Source: Parcubacteria group bacterium (GTDB lineage Bacteria > Patescibacteriota > Minisyncoccia > UBA6257 > Colwellbacteraceae). Taken from it: 64,000 nucleotides of DNA. The position numbers and the translations under genes were made by a program. A model generated the notes under the pieces. That model searched no databases and had not been told where the DNA came from. It saw only the letters and a program-made list of their open reading frames with translations. Shown here piece by piece: positions 17,571 through 27,452 of the stretch. Within the stretch, counting starts at the first letter, position 1. Each line of letters opens with the position of its first letter. The DNA lies in assembly GCA_041649615.1 (NCBI GenBank), contig JBAZMT010000002.1, positions 10,017 through 74,016 of the forward strand, written 5' to 3'.

Positions 17571-18732
17571 TTACGCGGCAACCGCGCCGATAACGGCAAG
17601 CGCGGAAAAAGCGATGAAGCTGGCCTACGGTTCTTCTTTTGGGAATCCGGGATCAATTCATCGAGCCGGAATGAATGCGAGCGCTTTGCTTGATAAGGCA
17701 AGAGAAACAGTCGCTTTATCTTTGGGCGGAGATTTCAGCGGAATCGTTTTTACTTCTTCGGCGACCGAAGCCAATAATTTAGTTATTCGGGGAGTAGCAA
17801 AAAAATATATGGTCCGGAGAAGAACCGAAAGTTTCGGTTTGCCCGCGAGAGTCATTATTTCCGCGGCAGAACACGAATCGGTAGATCGGATGGCGGAAAA
17901 ATTGTCGGAAGAAGGAACGGAAGTCATTCGCGTGCCGGTTTATAAGAACGGAAAGGTAAATATAAAAGCGCTGAAAGAAGCCTTAAACGAAAGAACGGTA
18001 GTGGTTTCTCTCATATTCGTAAACAACGAAACGGGGGCGGTGAACGATGTGCTAAAAGTATCGGAAATAATTAAGGAGAAGAAAAAAGGAGAATATCCTA
18101 TATTTCACGTTGATGCTTCCCAGGCTTTTCAATACGAAGACTGTTCTTTTAATAGTACGGGAGCGGACGTAATAACGCTCTCATCTCACAAAATAGGCGG
18201 TCCGAAGGGAGCCGGCGCCGCGTGTTTTAGAAACAACGCCATTACTAGGCTTGTTGAGCCCATAACGTATGGTGGAGGACAAGAATTCGGAATGCGATCG
18301 GGCACGGAAAACGTACCGGCGATTTCCGGTTTCGCTGTGGCGATCAAAGAAGCCGATAGCTTAAGAAACAAAGAAATCAAGCGAGTAAGCGCGCTTAAAA
18401 AAATATTAATCCGGGAAATAGAGCGCTTGGTTCCCAAAGCCGAAGTTAACGGACCGGAACTGGAAGAGAGTTCGCCTCACATATTAAATGTCTGGCTACC
18501 GGGCATTTCAGCCGAGGAAATAATCGTGGCGATGGATATGGAAGGCAGCGCCATATCGTACGGTTCGGCCTGTTCCGCGAGGGCGTTTAGACAATCAAGG
18601 ATTTTGAGGGCAATGGGACATAAAGAAAACCGGGCGAGGGAGTCTGTGAGGATTAGCCTTGGCCGAGAGACTAAAATGGAGGATATCCGGAAATTTGTAA
18701 TAATTTTCAAGAAAGTAATCGCCAAATTTTAG
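17524..18732 (+). CDS. cysteine desulfurase (NifS/IscS-like class V aminotransferase)
   Basis: 'LYFDYAATAP', 'SSHKIGGPKG' PLP-lysine motif, 'GTENVP'. Start uncertain because it overlaps the upstream ORF. Confidence 0.8.
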   Translation: MMKKSGKRQPKILYFDYAATAPITASAEKAMKLAYGSSFGNPGSIHRAGMNASALLDKARETVALSLGGDFSGIVFTSSATEANNLVIRGVAKKYMVRRRTESFGLPARVIISAAEHESVDRMAEKLSEEGTEVIRVPVYKNGKVNIKALKEALNERTVVVSLIFVNNETGAVNDVLKVSEIIKEKKKGEYPIFHVDASQAFQYEDCSFNSTGADVITLSSHKIGGPKGAGAACFRNNAITRLVEPITYGGGQEFGMRSGTENVPAISGFAVAIKEADSLRNKEIKRVSALKKILIREIERLVPKAEVNGPELEESSPHILNVWLPGISAEEIIVAMDMEGSAISYGSACSARAFRQSRILRAMGHKENRARESVRISLGRETKMEDIRKFVIIFKKVIAKF

Positions 18733-18767
18733 TTTTTAAAGCCATCTTTCATGTGGCATAATTCAGC

Positions 18768-21700
18768 ATGATGCTTAAAGAGAAATCAAACATTCCTGAG
18801 ATAGAAAACGAAGTCCTAAAATTTTGGGAAGACGCCCGTATTTTTGAAAAAACGATAGAACAAAGAAAGGAAAAGAAAGCTTTTTCTTTTTATGACGGGC
18901 CTCCGTTTGCAACGGGACTTCCTCATTATGGACACATACTCGCGACTACCATTAAAGACACCGTTACGAGATTTTGGACGATGAAGGGCCATAGGGTTGA
19001 AAGACGTGTAGGATGGGATTGCCACGGACTGCCGGTGGAAAATCTCATAGAAAAAGAACTGGGATTAAAGGACAAAAAAGCGATAGAGGAGTACGGCATA
19101 GAAAATTTCAACAACGCTTGCCGAGCGGCGGTTTTTCGTTCGGTTGGCGATTTTCAAGAGACGTTAAAACGGGTCGGGCGATGGGCTGATTATGCCAACT
19201 CGTACGCTACGCTTGATAACACTTATATGGAATCCGTCTGGTGGGTGTTTAAGGAACTTTGGAAAAGAAATTTGATCTATTCCGATTATCGGGTCACGCC
19301 TTACTGTCCCCGATGCGGTACCCCTCTTTCCAATTTTGAAGTAAATCAGGGATATAAAAACGCGACCGATCCGGCAATATTCGTAAAATTTAAGCTTAAA
19401 GAGCAACAGGATAACATACCTACTTATTTTGTGGCTTGGACCACGACGCCGTGGACACTTACGGCGAATGCGGCGCTTGCGGTTAAAGAAGACATTGAAT
19501 ACGCCTATGTCATAAAGGAAACGGAGAGGGGAAAAGAAAGGCTTATTCTTGCGAAAGATCGGTTACTGGCCGCGGGAATCACCGATCTGCCGGAAAAAGT
19601 GGTACATGGAAAAGAGCTTCGGGGAATGGAATATATTCCGCTGTTTTCTTTCGTGGAACCGAAAAAGAAAGCTTATTTTGTCGTAGCTACCGATTTTGTA
19701 TCGGTAGAAGAAGGAAGCGGAATAGTGCACATTGCGCCGGCTTTCGGCGCGGATGATATGGAAGCGGCTCGGAAAAACGGAATCCCAGTAATACTTACCG
19801 TAAACAAGGAAGGGAGATTCATAGACGAAGTTAAACCCTGGAACGGACAATTGGTCAAAAAAACCGATACGGAAATAATCAGACATCTTAAGTCGGAAGA
19901 AGCGTTACTCAAAGAAGAAACCGTGGATCACGAATATCCTTTCTGCTGGAGATGCGACACGCCTCTTCTTTATTACCCCATAGACAGTTGGTACGTAGCG
20001 GTAACGAAGATCAGGGATAAACTCGTAAAGAACAACGAAAAAATAAGATGGGTTCCGGCGCATATAAAGACGGGGAGATTCGGCAAGTGGCTCAAGGATA
20101 CGAGAGATTGGGCGATTTCCAGAAACAGATTCTGGGGGGCGCCGATGCCGGTTTGGAAATGCGCCGATTGCAACGCTTACATTCCGGTCGGCTCGCTTGA
20201 AGAACTTGAAAAATTAACGCCCACGAATAATGAATATTTTTTGATGCGCCACGGAGAGGCGGATTCAAACGTTTTGGATATCGTTTCTTCTTATCCGGAA
20301 AAAGCCGAAATCGGTCTCACGAAAAAAGGAATAAAGCAGGTTCAAGATGCGGCAAAACTTCTAAAAAGAGAAAAGATAGATTTAATAATTTCCTCGCCGT
20401 TAAAAAGAACGACCGAGACGGCGAAGATAATCGCAGAGGCTTTAGCTAAAAAATATTCGGTTGACGAAAGGCTCACCGAATATAATTTCGGTTCGCTAAA
20501 TGGACGGGGAACGGAGGAATTTGAAGCGCTTGTCGGCGGGCACGCGGGAAAATTCAGCAAAGCGCCGGAAGGAGGAGAGACGATAGTAGAAGTGAGGAAA
20601 AGGATGATTGATTTCTTGAACGACCTAGAAGAAAGCCATAAAGGCAAAAAGATATTGCTTATCGGTCACGGAGACCCTCTTTGGGTGCTTGAGGGCACGA
20701 TGAAAGGAATGGACAGGGAAAAACTGGTAGGCGAGAGGAAAAAAATAATGCCAAAACCCGGAGAGGTAAAGAATATGAAATTCGGGAAAATGCCTCTTGA
20801 TGAAAGCGGAGAACTAAACATGCATCGCCCCTACATTGATGAAGTGAAAATAAAATGTCCCAAGTGCGGAGGGGAAGCGAAGAGAGAATCCCAAGTGTTT
20901 GATTGCTGGTTTGAATCGGGTTCAATGCCTTACGCGTCTTGGCATTATCCGTTTGAAAACAAAAAGAAAGTGGAACGTATTTTCCCGGCCGATTTCATAG
21001 CGGAAGGATTAGACCAAACGAGAGGATGGTTTTACACGCTTCATGTTCTCGCAACGGCTCTAACGTCTAAAAATTCCCAGTTCGGCAAAGATAAACCCGC
21101 GTTCAAGAACGTTATCGTAAACGGGCTCATATTGGACGAATTCGGGCGAAAACTTTCCAAAAAACTTCGAAATTACACCGAACCGGAAATACTGATAGAT
21201 AAAACCGGAGCGGACGCTCTTCGGTATTTCTTATTAAGCTCCACTTCGATCGGGGAAGATTATCGTTTTTCGGATAAGGGGGTGATTGAGACAAAAACGA
21301 GAGTAACGGAGAGACTTTTGAATTCCTATAATTTTTTCTCAATGTATGCACGCGACGCGGACAGGGCGGAAGAATACAATCTTCCGGCGAAAGAAAACAT
21401 TTTAGACGTTTGGATAAAAGCCAGGTTCAAACAAGCGGTACGGCAAATAAATATAAATATGGAGAAGTACGAACTGACTCAAGCAACGAGACCGATAGCA
21501 GAACTGTTAGACGACTTTTCAAACTGGTACATAAGGCGTTCCAGGACGAGGCTTCAGCGCTCGGAATCGGAAGATGATTTTTATGCCGCTTCAAAAACTC
21601 TTTACGATTGCCTTGTTCTGGCGGCGAAATTAATGGCGCCTTTTACCCCCTTTATTGCGGAAGCGGTGTATAAATCGCTTACAGCTCGCAAGGAATCGGT

Positions 21701-22247
21701 TCATCTTGAAGAATGGCCTAATTTAGGAGAGATAACCAAAGAAGAAGAGCGGCTTATAGAGACAATGGCTTTCGCGCGAATAGCGGCGAGCCAAATTCTG
21801 GCAAAAAGATCGGAGGCAAACATAAAAGTTCGGCAGCCGCTCAAGTCTTATAAAACTTCTCTAAAAGAATTGGACGGACAAACGGAGATTCTCGCGCTCA
21901 TCGCCGATGAAGCGAACGTAGGTCAGGTGATTTACGATGAATCTGCCGGAGAATCGGGAGTGCTTGATACGGAAATGACCGAAGATTTGAGAAAGGCAGG
22001 AATATTAAGAGAACTCATGAGACTTACGCAGGACATGAGACAAAAAGCGGGGTTTAAACCGAAAGAAAAAGCCGCATTCTACATTTACTCGGAGGACGAG
22101 GAAATCAATAAAGTGATTTTAGAAAATGAGGAAAAATTAAAGAAAGACCTGTCGCTTAAAGAATTAAGAACGCAAAAAGACGACGATATGAAGATCACAA
22201 ACGAGACTAAAATTGCAGATAGCGAAATTTGGGCAGGAATAAGATAG
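18768..22247 (+). CDS. ileS: isoleucyl-tRNA synthetase with an inserted histidine-phosphatase (PGAM-like) domain
   Basis: 'PFATGLPHYGHIL' (HIGH), 'KLSKKL' (KMSKS), CP1 editing region. An extra ~180 aa ('EYFLMRHGEADSN...ILLIGHGDPLW') lies between 'ISRNRFWGAPMPVW' and 'VFDCWFESG'. Confidence 0.95.
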   Translation: MMLKEKSNIPEIENEVLKFWEDARIFEKTIEQRKEKKAFSFYDGPPFATGLPHYGHILATTIKDTVTRFWTMKGHRVERRVGWDCHGLPVENLIEKELGLKDKKAIEEYGIENFNNACRAAVFRSVGDFQETLKRVGRWADYANSYATLDNTYMESVWWVFKELWKRNLIYSDYRVTPYCPRCGTPLSNFEVNQGYKNATDPAIFVKFKLKEQQDNIPTYFVAWTTTPWTLTANAALAVKEDIEYAYVIKETERGKERLILAKDRLLAAGITDLPEKVVHGKELRGMEYIPLFSFVEPKKKAYFVVATDFVSVEEGSGIVHIAPAFGADDMEAARKNGIPVILTVNKEGRFIDEVKPWNGQLVKKTDTEIIRHLKSEEALLKEETVDHEYPFCWRCDTPLLYYPIDSWYVAVTKIRDKLVKNNEKIRWVPAHIKTGRFGKWLKDTRDWAISRNRFWGAPMPVWKCADCNAYIPVGSLEELEKLTPTNNEYFLMRHGEADSNVLDIVSSYPEKAEIGLTKKGIKQVQDAAKLLKREKIDLIISSPLKRTTETAKIIAEALAKKYSVDERLTEYNFGSLNGRGTEEFEALVGGHAGKFSKAPEGGETIVEVRKRMIDFLNDLEESHKGKKILLIGHGDPLWVLEGTMKGMDREKLVGERKKIMPKPGEVKNMKFGKMPLDESGELNMHRPYIDEVKIKCPKCGGEAKRESQVFDCWFESGSMPYASWHYPFENKKKVERIFPADFIAEGLDQTRGWFYTLHVLATALTSKNSQFGKDKPAFKNVIVNGLILDEFGRKLSKKLRNYTEPEILIDKTGADALRYFLLSSTSIGEDYRFSDKGVIETKTRVTERLLNSYNFFSMYARDADRAEEYNLPAKENILDVWIKARFKQAVRQININMEKYELTQATRPIAELLDDFSNWYIRRSRTRLQRSESEDDFYAASKTLYDCLVLAAKLMAPFTPFIAEAVYKSLTARKESVHLEEWPNLGEITKEEERLIETMAFARIAASQILAKRSEANIKVRQPLKSYKTSLKELDGQTEILALIADEANVGQVIYDESAGESGVLDTEMTEDLRKAGILRELMRLTQDMRQKAGFKPKEKAAFYIYSEDEEINKVILENEEKLKKDLSLKELRTQKDDDMKITNETKIADSEIWAGIR

Positions 22248-22257
22248 GAATTTAATT

Positions 22258-22289
22258 CTGTAAATAGTGACGATCGTCACTATTTACAG
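22258..22289. terminator. 32-nt perfect palindrome between convergent ileS and trpS (probable bidirectional terminator); near-identical copy at 51251-51286
   Basis: CTGTAAATAGTGAC-GATC-GTCACTATTTACAG. Confidence 0.55.
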
Positions 22290-22297
22290 AAATAGGG

Positions 22298-23278
22298 CTA
22301 GATTAATCCCATTTTTGATTTCACTTCGCGGAGAGTTTCAGAAGCCAAGACTCTGGCTTTTTCGGCTCCTTCAGAGAGAATATTCCTCAATCGCTTCGGG
22401 TCGGAAGCGATTTCCTTTTGTTTTTCTCTAAATGAAGAAAGAGAATCGGATACGGCTTCGGCCATATTTTCTTTAAATTCTTTATAACCGACTCCTTTAT
22501 GATCGTTAACGATTTTCTTTATCGGAATGCCGGACAGTTCGGAATATATCAATATGAGATTCGCGAGAGCGGGCTTTTTATCGGGATCGTAAATTATCTC
22601 TTTCCCGGAATCAGTGACGGCGGAACGAATTTTTTGTTTGATGTTTTCAGGCGAATCGGAGAGATATAAACAGCCTTTCGGAAAAGATTTGGACATTTTC
22701 TTTTCCGGATTATCAAGACTCTTAATTCTTAATCCTTCAACGAAAATTCCTTTCGGTTCGGGAAAAGTCTTGCCGAATCTCTTATTAAAAGTTCTTGCCG
22801 TGTCGCGGGCAAGCTCCAAATGCTGTCGCTGGTCTTCACCAACGGGAACGAAAGCTGCCTTATAGGAAAGAATATCAGCGGCCATAAGGACGGGATAGTT
22901 CAAAAGTCCAGCGCTTGCCGGCTGGCCTTCTTCCACCTTTTCTCGGAATTCAATCATATTTTGAAGCTGTCCTGCGGGCGTAACGCAACTTAAAAGCCAG
23001 GCAAGATTCGTATGTTCCGAAACATCGGATTGCATGAAAAAAACGGATTTTTCCGGGTCTATTCCCAAAGCGATCAGATCGACGGCTACCCCGAATATAT
23101 CAGCTGATTTTTCGCTAACCGAGTATTTTTGGGTCAAGGCGTGATAATCAGCGATGAAATAATAACAGTCGTATTTACCCAAAGACTGGAGCGCGAGTGA
23201 TTGCTTTATCATTCCCAAATAATTGCCGACTTGGAGCTTTCCACTCGGTTTTATGCCGCTAACGACAATCTGTTTCAT
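22298..23278 (-). CDS. trpS: tryptophanyl-tRNA synthetase
   Basis: TrpS HIGH-region pattern at the N-terminus and 'KMSKS'; 326 aa. Confidence 0.9.
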   Translation of the reverse strand: MKQIVVSGIKPSGKLQVGNYLGMIKQSLALQSLGKYDCYYFIADYHALTQKYSVSEKSADIFGVAVDLIALGIDPEKSVFFMQSDVSEHTNLAWLLSCVTPAGQLQNMIEFREKVEEGQPASAGLLNYPVLMAADILSYKAAFVPVGEDQRQHLELARDTARTFNKRFGKTFPEPKGIFVEGLRIKSLDNPEKKMSKSFPKGCLYLSDSPENIKQKIRSAVTDSGKEIIYDPDKKPALANLILIYSELSGIPIKKIVNDHKGVGYKEFKENMAEAVSDSLSSFREKQKEIASDPKRLRNILSEGAEKARVLASETLREVKSKMGLI

Positions 23279-23305
23279 TGTTCCGAATTATAAGCCACTT
23301 GCGGC

Positions 23306-25105
23306 CTAAACCTCAATTATGACGGGTAAGATCATCGGCCTTCGGTAAGTCTTGTTATAGACAAACTGGCCGATCTGGTCCCGGAAAAGAGTTTTCAGAT
23401 AATCGGAGTCCAACTGTTCTTTTCTCGGTATTCGAGAGAGGACGGCTTTTACTTTGGCCCTGATGTCCTCAAGAATTTTTTGGTTTTCTTTGAGATAAAT
23501 GAATCCTCTTGAAATGATGTCAGGGTTTTTAACCAGCCGACCGTCTTTGCGGTTAATGGTCGCGATTATCACAATCATTCCTTCTTGAGCGAGAAGCCGG
23601 CGATCGCGAAGAACCACTTCGCCGACGTCTCCCACTCCCAGCCCGTCAACCATAACGTAGGAAGTGGGAAGGGACTCATCCGTCATTTTGATGGAATCGG
23701 GCTTCATGTTTACAACTTGGCCATTATCGGGAAGAAAAATATTCGTTTTGGAGATGCCGCACTGGACGCCGTTTTGGGCGTTCATGGTTCTCATAAAGAG
23801 GTATCCGTGAATGGGAATAAAGAACCGAGGTTTCACAATTGAAAGAATGGTTTTAATTTCCTCTTGAGACGCATGTCCGGTGGAGTGGATATCAATCATT
23901 TTAGTGTGGTAAACGAAGGCTCCCTGACGAACCAGGTTGTCCTTTAGCGCTTGAACGCTTCTTTCGTTTCCCGGAATAACAGAAGAAGAAAAAACGATTG
24001 AATCGCCGGCTTTTATGCGGAGAGTCTTATGCTCGCCCGTGACGATCTTCATAAGGCTTGCGTTTGATTCTCCTTGCGCGCCGGTTGATAAGATAAGGAG
24101 CTTCTTATCGTCATACTTTTGGGTTTCCTCAAGAGATATGACGGTACCTTTTTTTATTTTGATGTAGCCGAGCTCTCGGGCTATTTCTATATTTTCTTTA
24201 ATGGAACGTCCGGAGAAGGCCACTTTTTTGTTCAACTTCTCCGCTATTTTGATGATCTCGCCGATGCGGTTCAAAAGCGTGGAGAAAATGCCGACAATTA
24301 TCCGACCTTCAGCCTTGAGGAATAATTCTTCCAGATTCTTTTCTACCGTTTTCTCGGGTACCGTCCATCCGGGAGTTTCGGCGTTCGTGCTGTCTAAAAA
24401 TATCGTATGGATGTTTTTCTTAGAAATAAGCACGAGCTCGTCAATGTTTTTCGGTTTCCCTGATTCGTCCGCTTCCACTTTAAAGTCGGCGAAAGTGGCC
24501 ATGTTACCGACGGGAGTTTTTAAGACAAATCCGGTCGTATCCGGAACGCTGTGAGAAACTCCGAAAAATTCCGCTTCAAAATGCTTTCCCAAACGAACGA
24601 TTTCTTTGTCTTTAATTATTCTCACCTCAAGCTTCGGGGCGTTAACGAACTCGCTTTGTCGCTTAACGATCATTTCTTTTGCCAGCGCAGTTGTATAAAT
24701 CGGGGGATTACCCAACTTACCTATGATGTAGGGTATCGCTCCTATGTGGTCGAAGTGGGCGTGAGTAACTATCATCGCGCGAATATTCTTCCGCTTCGGT
24801 TCAAGAGAAGAAACATTCGGGATAATATAATCAATGCCCGGCGTTTCTTCTTCGGGGAATTGAATGCCGGCGTCAACGATTACAATTTCGTCTTCGTATT
24901 CAAAGAACGACATGTTCCGGCCGATTTCCTCAAGACCTCCCAAAGCGGCAAACCGCAAGACGCCCCCTTCAGGAGATTTTGCGACAAACGTCCCCGAGGA
25001 GACTTGTCTTATACTTCCCGGTCGGTGAAAACGCCTTTCCGCGCCGGAATTAGTTTTTTTATATGTTTTTTCCATGTTTTTTTCTAAAAATATCTCAAAA
25101 CTCAA
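23306..25105 (-). CDS. rnj: ribonuclease J (beta-CASP metallo-beta-lactamase)
   Basis: 'VTHAHFDHIG' MBL motif, beta-CASP and C-terminal domain. The N-terminal ~50 aa extension may reflect a later true start. Confidence 0.9.
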   Translation of the reverse strand: MSFEIFLEKNMEKTYKKTNSGAERRFHRPGSIRQVSSGTFVAKSPEGGVLRFAALGGLEEIGRNMSFFEYEDEIVIVDAGIQFPEEETPGIDYIIPNVSSLEPKRKNIRAMIVTHAHFDHIGAIPYIIGKLGNPPIYTTALAKEMIVKRQSEFVNAPKLEVRIIKDKEIVRLGKHFEAEFFGVSHSVPDTTGFVLKTPVGNMATFADFKVEADESGKPKNIDELVLISKKNIHTIFLDSTNAETPGWTVPEKTVEKNLEELFLKAEGRIIVGIFSTLLNRIGEIIKIAEKLNKKVAFSGRSIKENIEIARELGYIKIKKGTVISLEETQKYDDKKLLILSTGAQGESNASLMKIVTGEHKTLRIKAGDSIVFSSSVIPGNERSVQALKDNLVRQGAFVYHTKMIDIHSTGHASQEEIKTILSIVKPRFFIPIHGYLFMRTMNAQNGVQCGISKTNIFLPDNGQVVNMKPDSIKMTDESLPTSYVMVDGLGVGDVGEVVLRDRRLLAQEGMIVIIATINRKDGRLVKNPDIISRGFIYLKENQKILEDIRAKVKAVLSRIPRKEQLDSDYLKTLFRDQIGQFVYNKTYRRPMILPVIIEV

Positions 25106-25201
25106 ATGTTAAATGTCAAAACCACAACCAATTAACTCAAATCTTTAAAGATAGAAGGCTTAAGTTTTGAAATTTGAGTTTTGACATTTGAGATATCTCT
25201 G

Positions 25202-25283
25202 TGCCGAGAGGGAGAGTCGAACTCCCATGCCTTGCGGCGCTAGCACCTGAAGCTAGTGCGTCTACCAGTTTCGCCATCTCGGC
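25202..25283 (-). tRNA. tRNA-Leu (CAG), type II with a long variable arm
   Basis: Reverse complement GCCGAGA...anticodon arm CTAGC-TTCAGGT-GCTAG, variable arm CGCCGCAAGGCAT, T-loop TTCGACT, discriminator A. Confidence 0.85.
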
Positions 25284-25298
25284 TTAATTAAAGAGCGT

Positions 25299-25637
25299 TT
25301 ATTTTAAGCCTCGTCCTTCGTATTTTTCAAATATGGACCAGAATTTGAGCGGTTGCCATCCTTTATTATGAACTCTGTGAAAGTCGCCTTTGGGTATTAA
25401 GAAAACATTGCCTTTCGTAACTTTTTCTCTCGTCTCACCGATCTCCATTTCTCCTTTTCCGGAGATAAAAACGTAAACTTCTTCGGCATTTTCATGAGAA
25501 TGTCCGGTAGTTGATTTGTGAGGATTCAGTTCCGTGAGAGACAGGGTCAGATTACCTAACGTCTTTAAGTCATACACGCGATAAACGTCGTTATCTCTTA
25601 TTAAATCAGCCTTTTTCTTATAGACTCCGAGATCCAT
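25299..25637 (-). CDS. cupin-domain protein
   Basis: Conserved cupin two-His/Glu beta-barrel pattern ('LIPKGDFHRVHN'). Confidence 0.6.
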   Translation of the reverse strand: MDLGVYKKKADLIRDNDVYRVYDLKTLGNLTLSLTELNPHKSTTGHSHENAEEVYVFISGKGEMEIGETREKVTKGNVFLIPKGDFHRVHNKGWQPLKFWSIFEKYEGRGLK

Positions 25638-27187
25638 TATTTAAATTTTCGGTTTGTGTTTACGTACCACTCTTCTGCGTTGTCTAACCTGTCGGAAGAA
25701 GTAACGGCAACGTCTGCGGCAAAACCTTTTAGGCGAGGAGAAGAGACATAAAGATAGTCAGGGAAGACCGTAAAAACGGCTCCAACGTTATCTGTTATAA
25801 CGGAAGACAGGTCTTGAAGCAAGACGCTTCTCGTTTCGGGATCAGCCTCGGAACGAATATCTTCCATAATCAAATCGGCTTCGCGATTATTGAAAAGGGC
25901 GAGATTAAGACCTGGGTAGAATCGTTTTGAGGAATGCCAAAAGGAATAAAGATCGTCTTTGACGTTTAAGATATTTCCGAAAAGGAGAGCTTCGTAATCC
26001 CTGTTTCTGATGGATTCCTGAATGTCAGCCGACCGGAGAGCGGAAATGTTTACAACCGCTCCTTTGGCTTCCCAGGCTTCTTTGAGACGCAAAGCCATGG
26101 CGGAAAGAGGAGCGATGTCGGGAACGGTAAGTCTGAATTCAAGTCCCGAAAGCGAGGTATCGGTAACTCCTGGTTCAGGGCTTCCTTGAACAGGGCCGAA
26201 AGAAGGTTCGGCGTATCCCGAAAAGACGTCGTTAATTATCTCATCGCGTGGAACGGAAGAGGATAACGCTTTGCGGAGACTCAAATTGCGGAATTGAGTT
26301 ATTAGGCCGGAGTTTAGAAACACGGCGTAATACCTCGAGGAAGGAATGGGATGAACGTTCTTAATAACGGAAATTTGCGAAAGAAGGCCGGGGTCGGAAG
26401 TGGGCAAGCCGTCAATATCTCCGTTGTTGAAAGCTTTAATGAGCTCGCCCTCGTCCGTATAAAACTTGAATGTAAATTCCTTAATATAAGGAGCTTTTCC
26501 GTGATAATTTTTGTTGGCGACAAGAACGTACTCGCTGATGAATCCGTCTTTTTCTTTTTTGTAGGACTTGTATTTGTAGGGGCCCGAGCCAACGGGTTCG
26601 CGGGCGTAAGACGAAAGACTGAAATTCGCCGGAGGAATGCTTCCGAATATGTGTTTCGGGATAACGACCATGCCTTTTAAGGTTTCCTCAAAGAAGACGT
26701 AAGATGAGGGAAGGGTGAATTTAACTTCCAATTCGCTTATCCTTTGGACGCTTGCTCCGTCAAAACTGACGGAAATGGGCGAACGGGATTCCGGATCGGT
26801 GATGGTATCAAAAGTGAATATCACATCATCGCTCGTTATTTTTTCGCCATCGCTCCATTTGAGGCCTTCTTTCAAGCGAATAGTCCATTCTTTAAGAAAC
26901 GGATCGGGCTTAATGCTTTCGGAAAGTCCCTCCAAATCGTCAAAGACCAATTTTGAAATATCGTGATCCGCTTCATTACTTGAGATTATTGGGTTAATAA
27001 AAACCGGCTGACCCACTATTCCTTCACGCCAAACTCCGCCATAAGCGGCGACCTGAACGGTTTTGGTGTTTATGAGATAACCGACATAAAGAATGATGGC
27101 TATCAAAAGAACCGCCGAAACGGCAATGATTGCCACGGCTTCTTTCCTTTTCAGGGATTTGAAGAGTTTTAAGAACCTATAGAACAA
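25637..27187 (-). CDS. ABC transporter substrate-binding protein, family 5 (peptide/nickel type); no permease gene adjacent
   Basis: Size (516 aa), an N-terminal anchor and SBP_bac_5-like conserved blocks. Confidence 0.7.
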   Translation of the reverse strand: MFYRFLKLFKSLKRKEAVAIIAVSAVLLIAIILYVGYLINTKTVQVAAYGGVWREGIVGQPVFINPIISSNEADHDISKLVFDDLEGLSESIKPDPFLKEWTIRLKEGLKWSDGEKITSDDVIFTFDTITDPESRSPISVSFDGASVQRISELEVKFTLPSSYVFFEETLKGMVVIPKHIFGSIPPANFSLSSYAREPVGSGPYKYKSYKKEKDGFISEYVLVANKNYHGKAPYIKEFTFKFYTDEGELIKAFNNGDIDGLPTSDPGLLSQISVIKNVHPIPSSRYYAVFLNSGLITQFRNLSLRKALSSSVPRDEIINDVFSGYAEPSFGPVQGSPEPGVTDTSLSGLEFRLTVPDIAPLSAMALRLKEAWEAKGAVVNISALRSADIQESIRNRDYEALLFGNILNVKDDLYSFWHSSKRFYPGLNLALFNNREADLIMEDIRSEADPETRSVLLQDLSSVITDNVGAVFTVFPDYLYVSSPRLKGFAADVAVTSSDRLDNAEEWYVNTNRKFK

Positions 27188-27395
27188 GTTTCAGAATAGA
27201 AAGGATTACGAATAGGACGATAAAGGCGGCGGTGATCCAGAGAACGATGTTCTCCATACCTCGCCTTTTTTGGTAAAAAGATTCGCCTCCGCCAAAAAGA
27301 CCGCCGACTCCCGAAGATCGGTCCTGAATGAGAACTAAAGCGGTAACGATGATCGGTATTATTATTTGGGCAACAACAATCGCTTGCATGTTCAA
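27177..27395 (-). CDS. secG: preprotein translocase subunit SecG
   Basis: Two TM helices with a Gly-rich loop ('GVGGLFGGGESF'). Confidence 0.7.
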   Translation of the reverse strand: MNMQAIVVAQIIIPIIVTALVLIQDRSSGVGGLFGGGESFYQKRRGMENIVLWITAAFIVLFVILSILKLVL

Positions 27396-27452
27396 AGGAG
27401 AAATCAGTCCGTTAATAATAGCGTTTTTCCTTAAATAATCAAGGGTGTTAGC

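Noticed and set aside
17524-18732. Two cysteine desulfurase genes in one window (17524-18732 and iscS 49527-50849) as a possible duplication artefact
   Set aside because: The proteins are clearly divergent paralogues, and only the second is paired with iscU. This is an ordinary NifS/IscS-like pair, not an assembly duplication.
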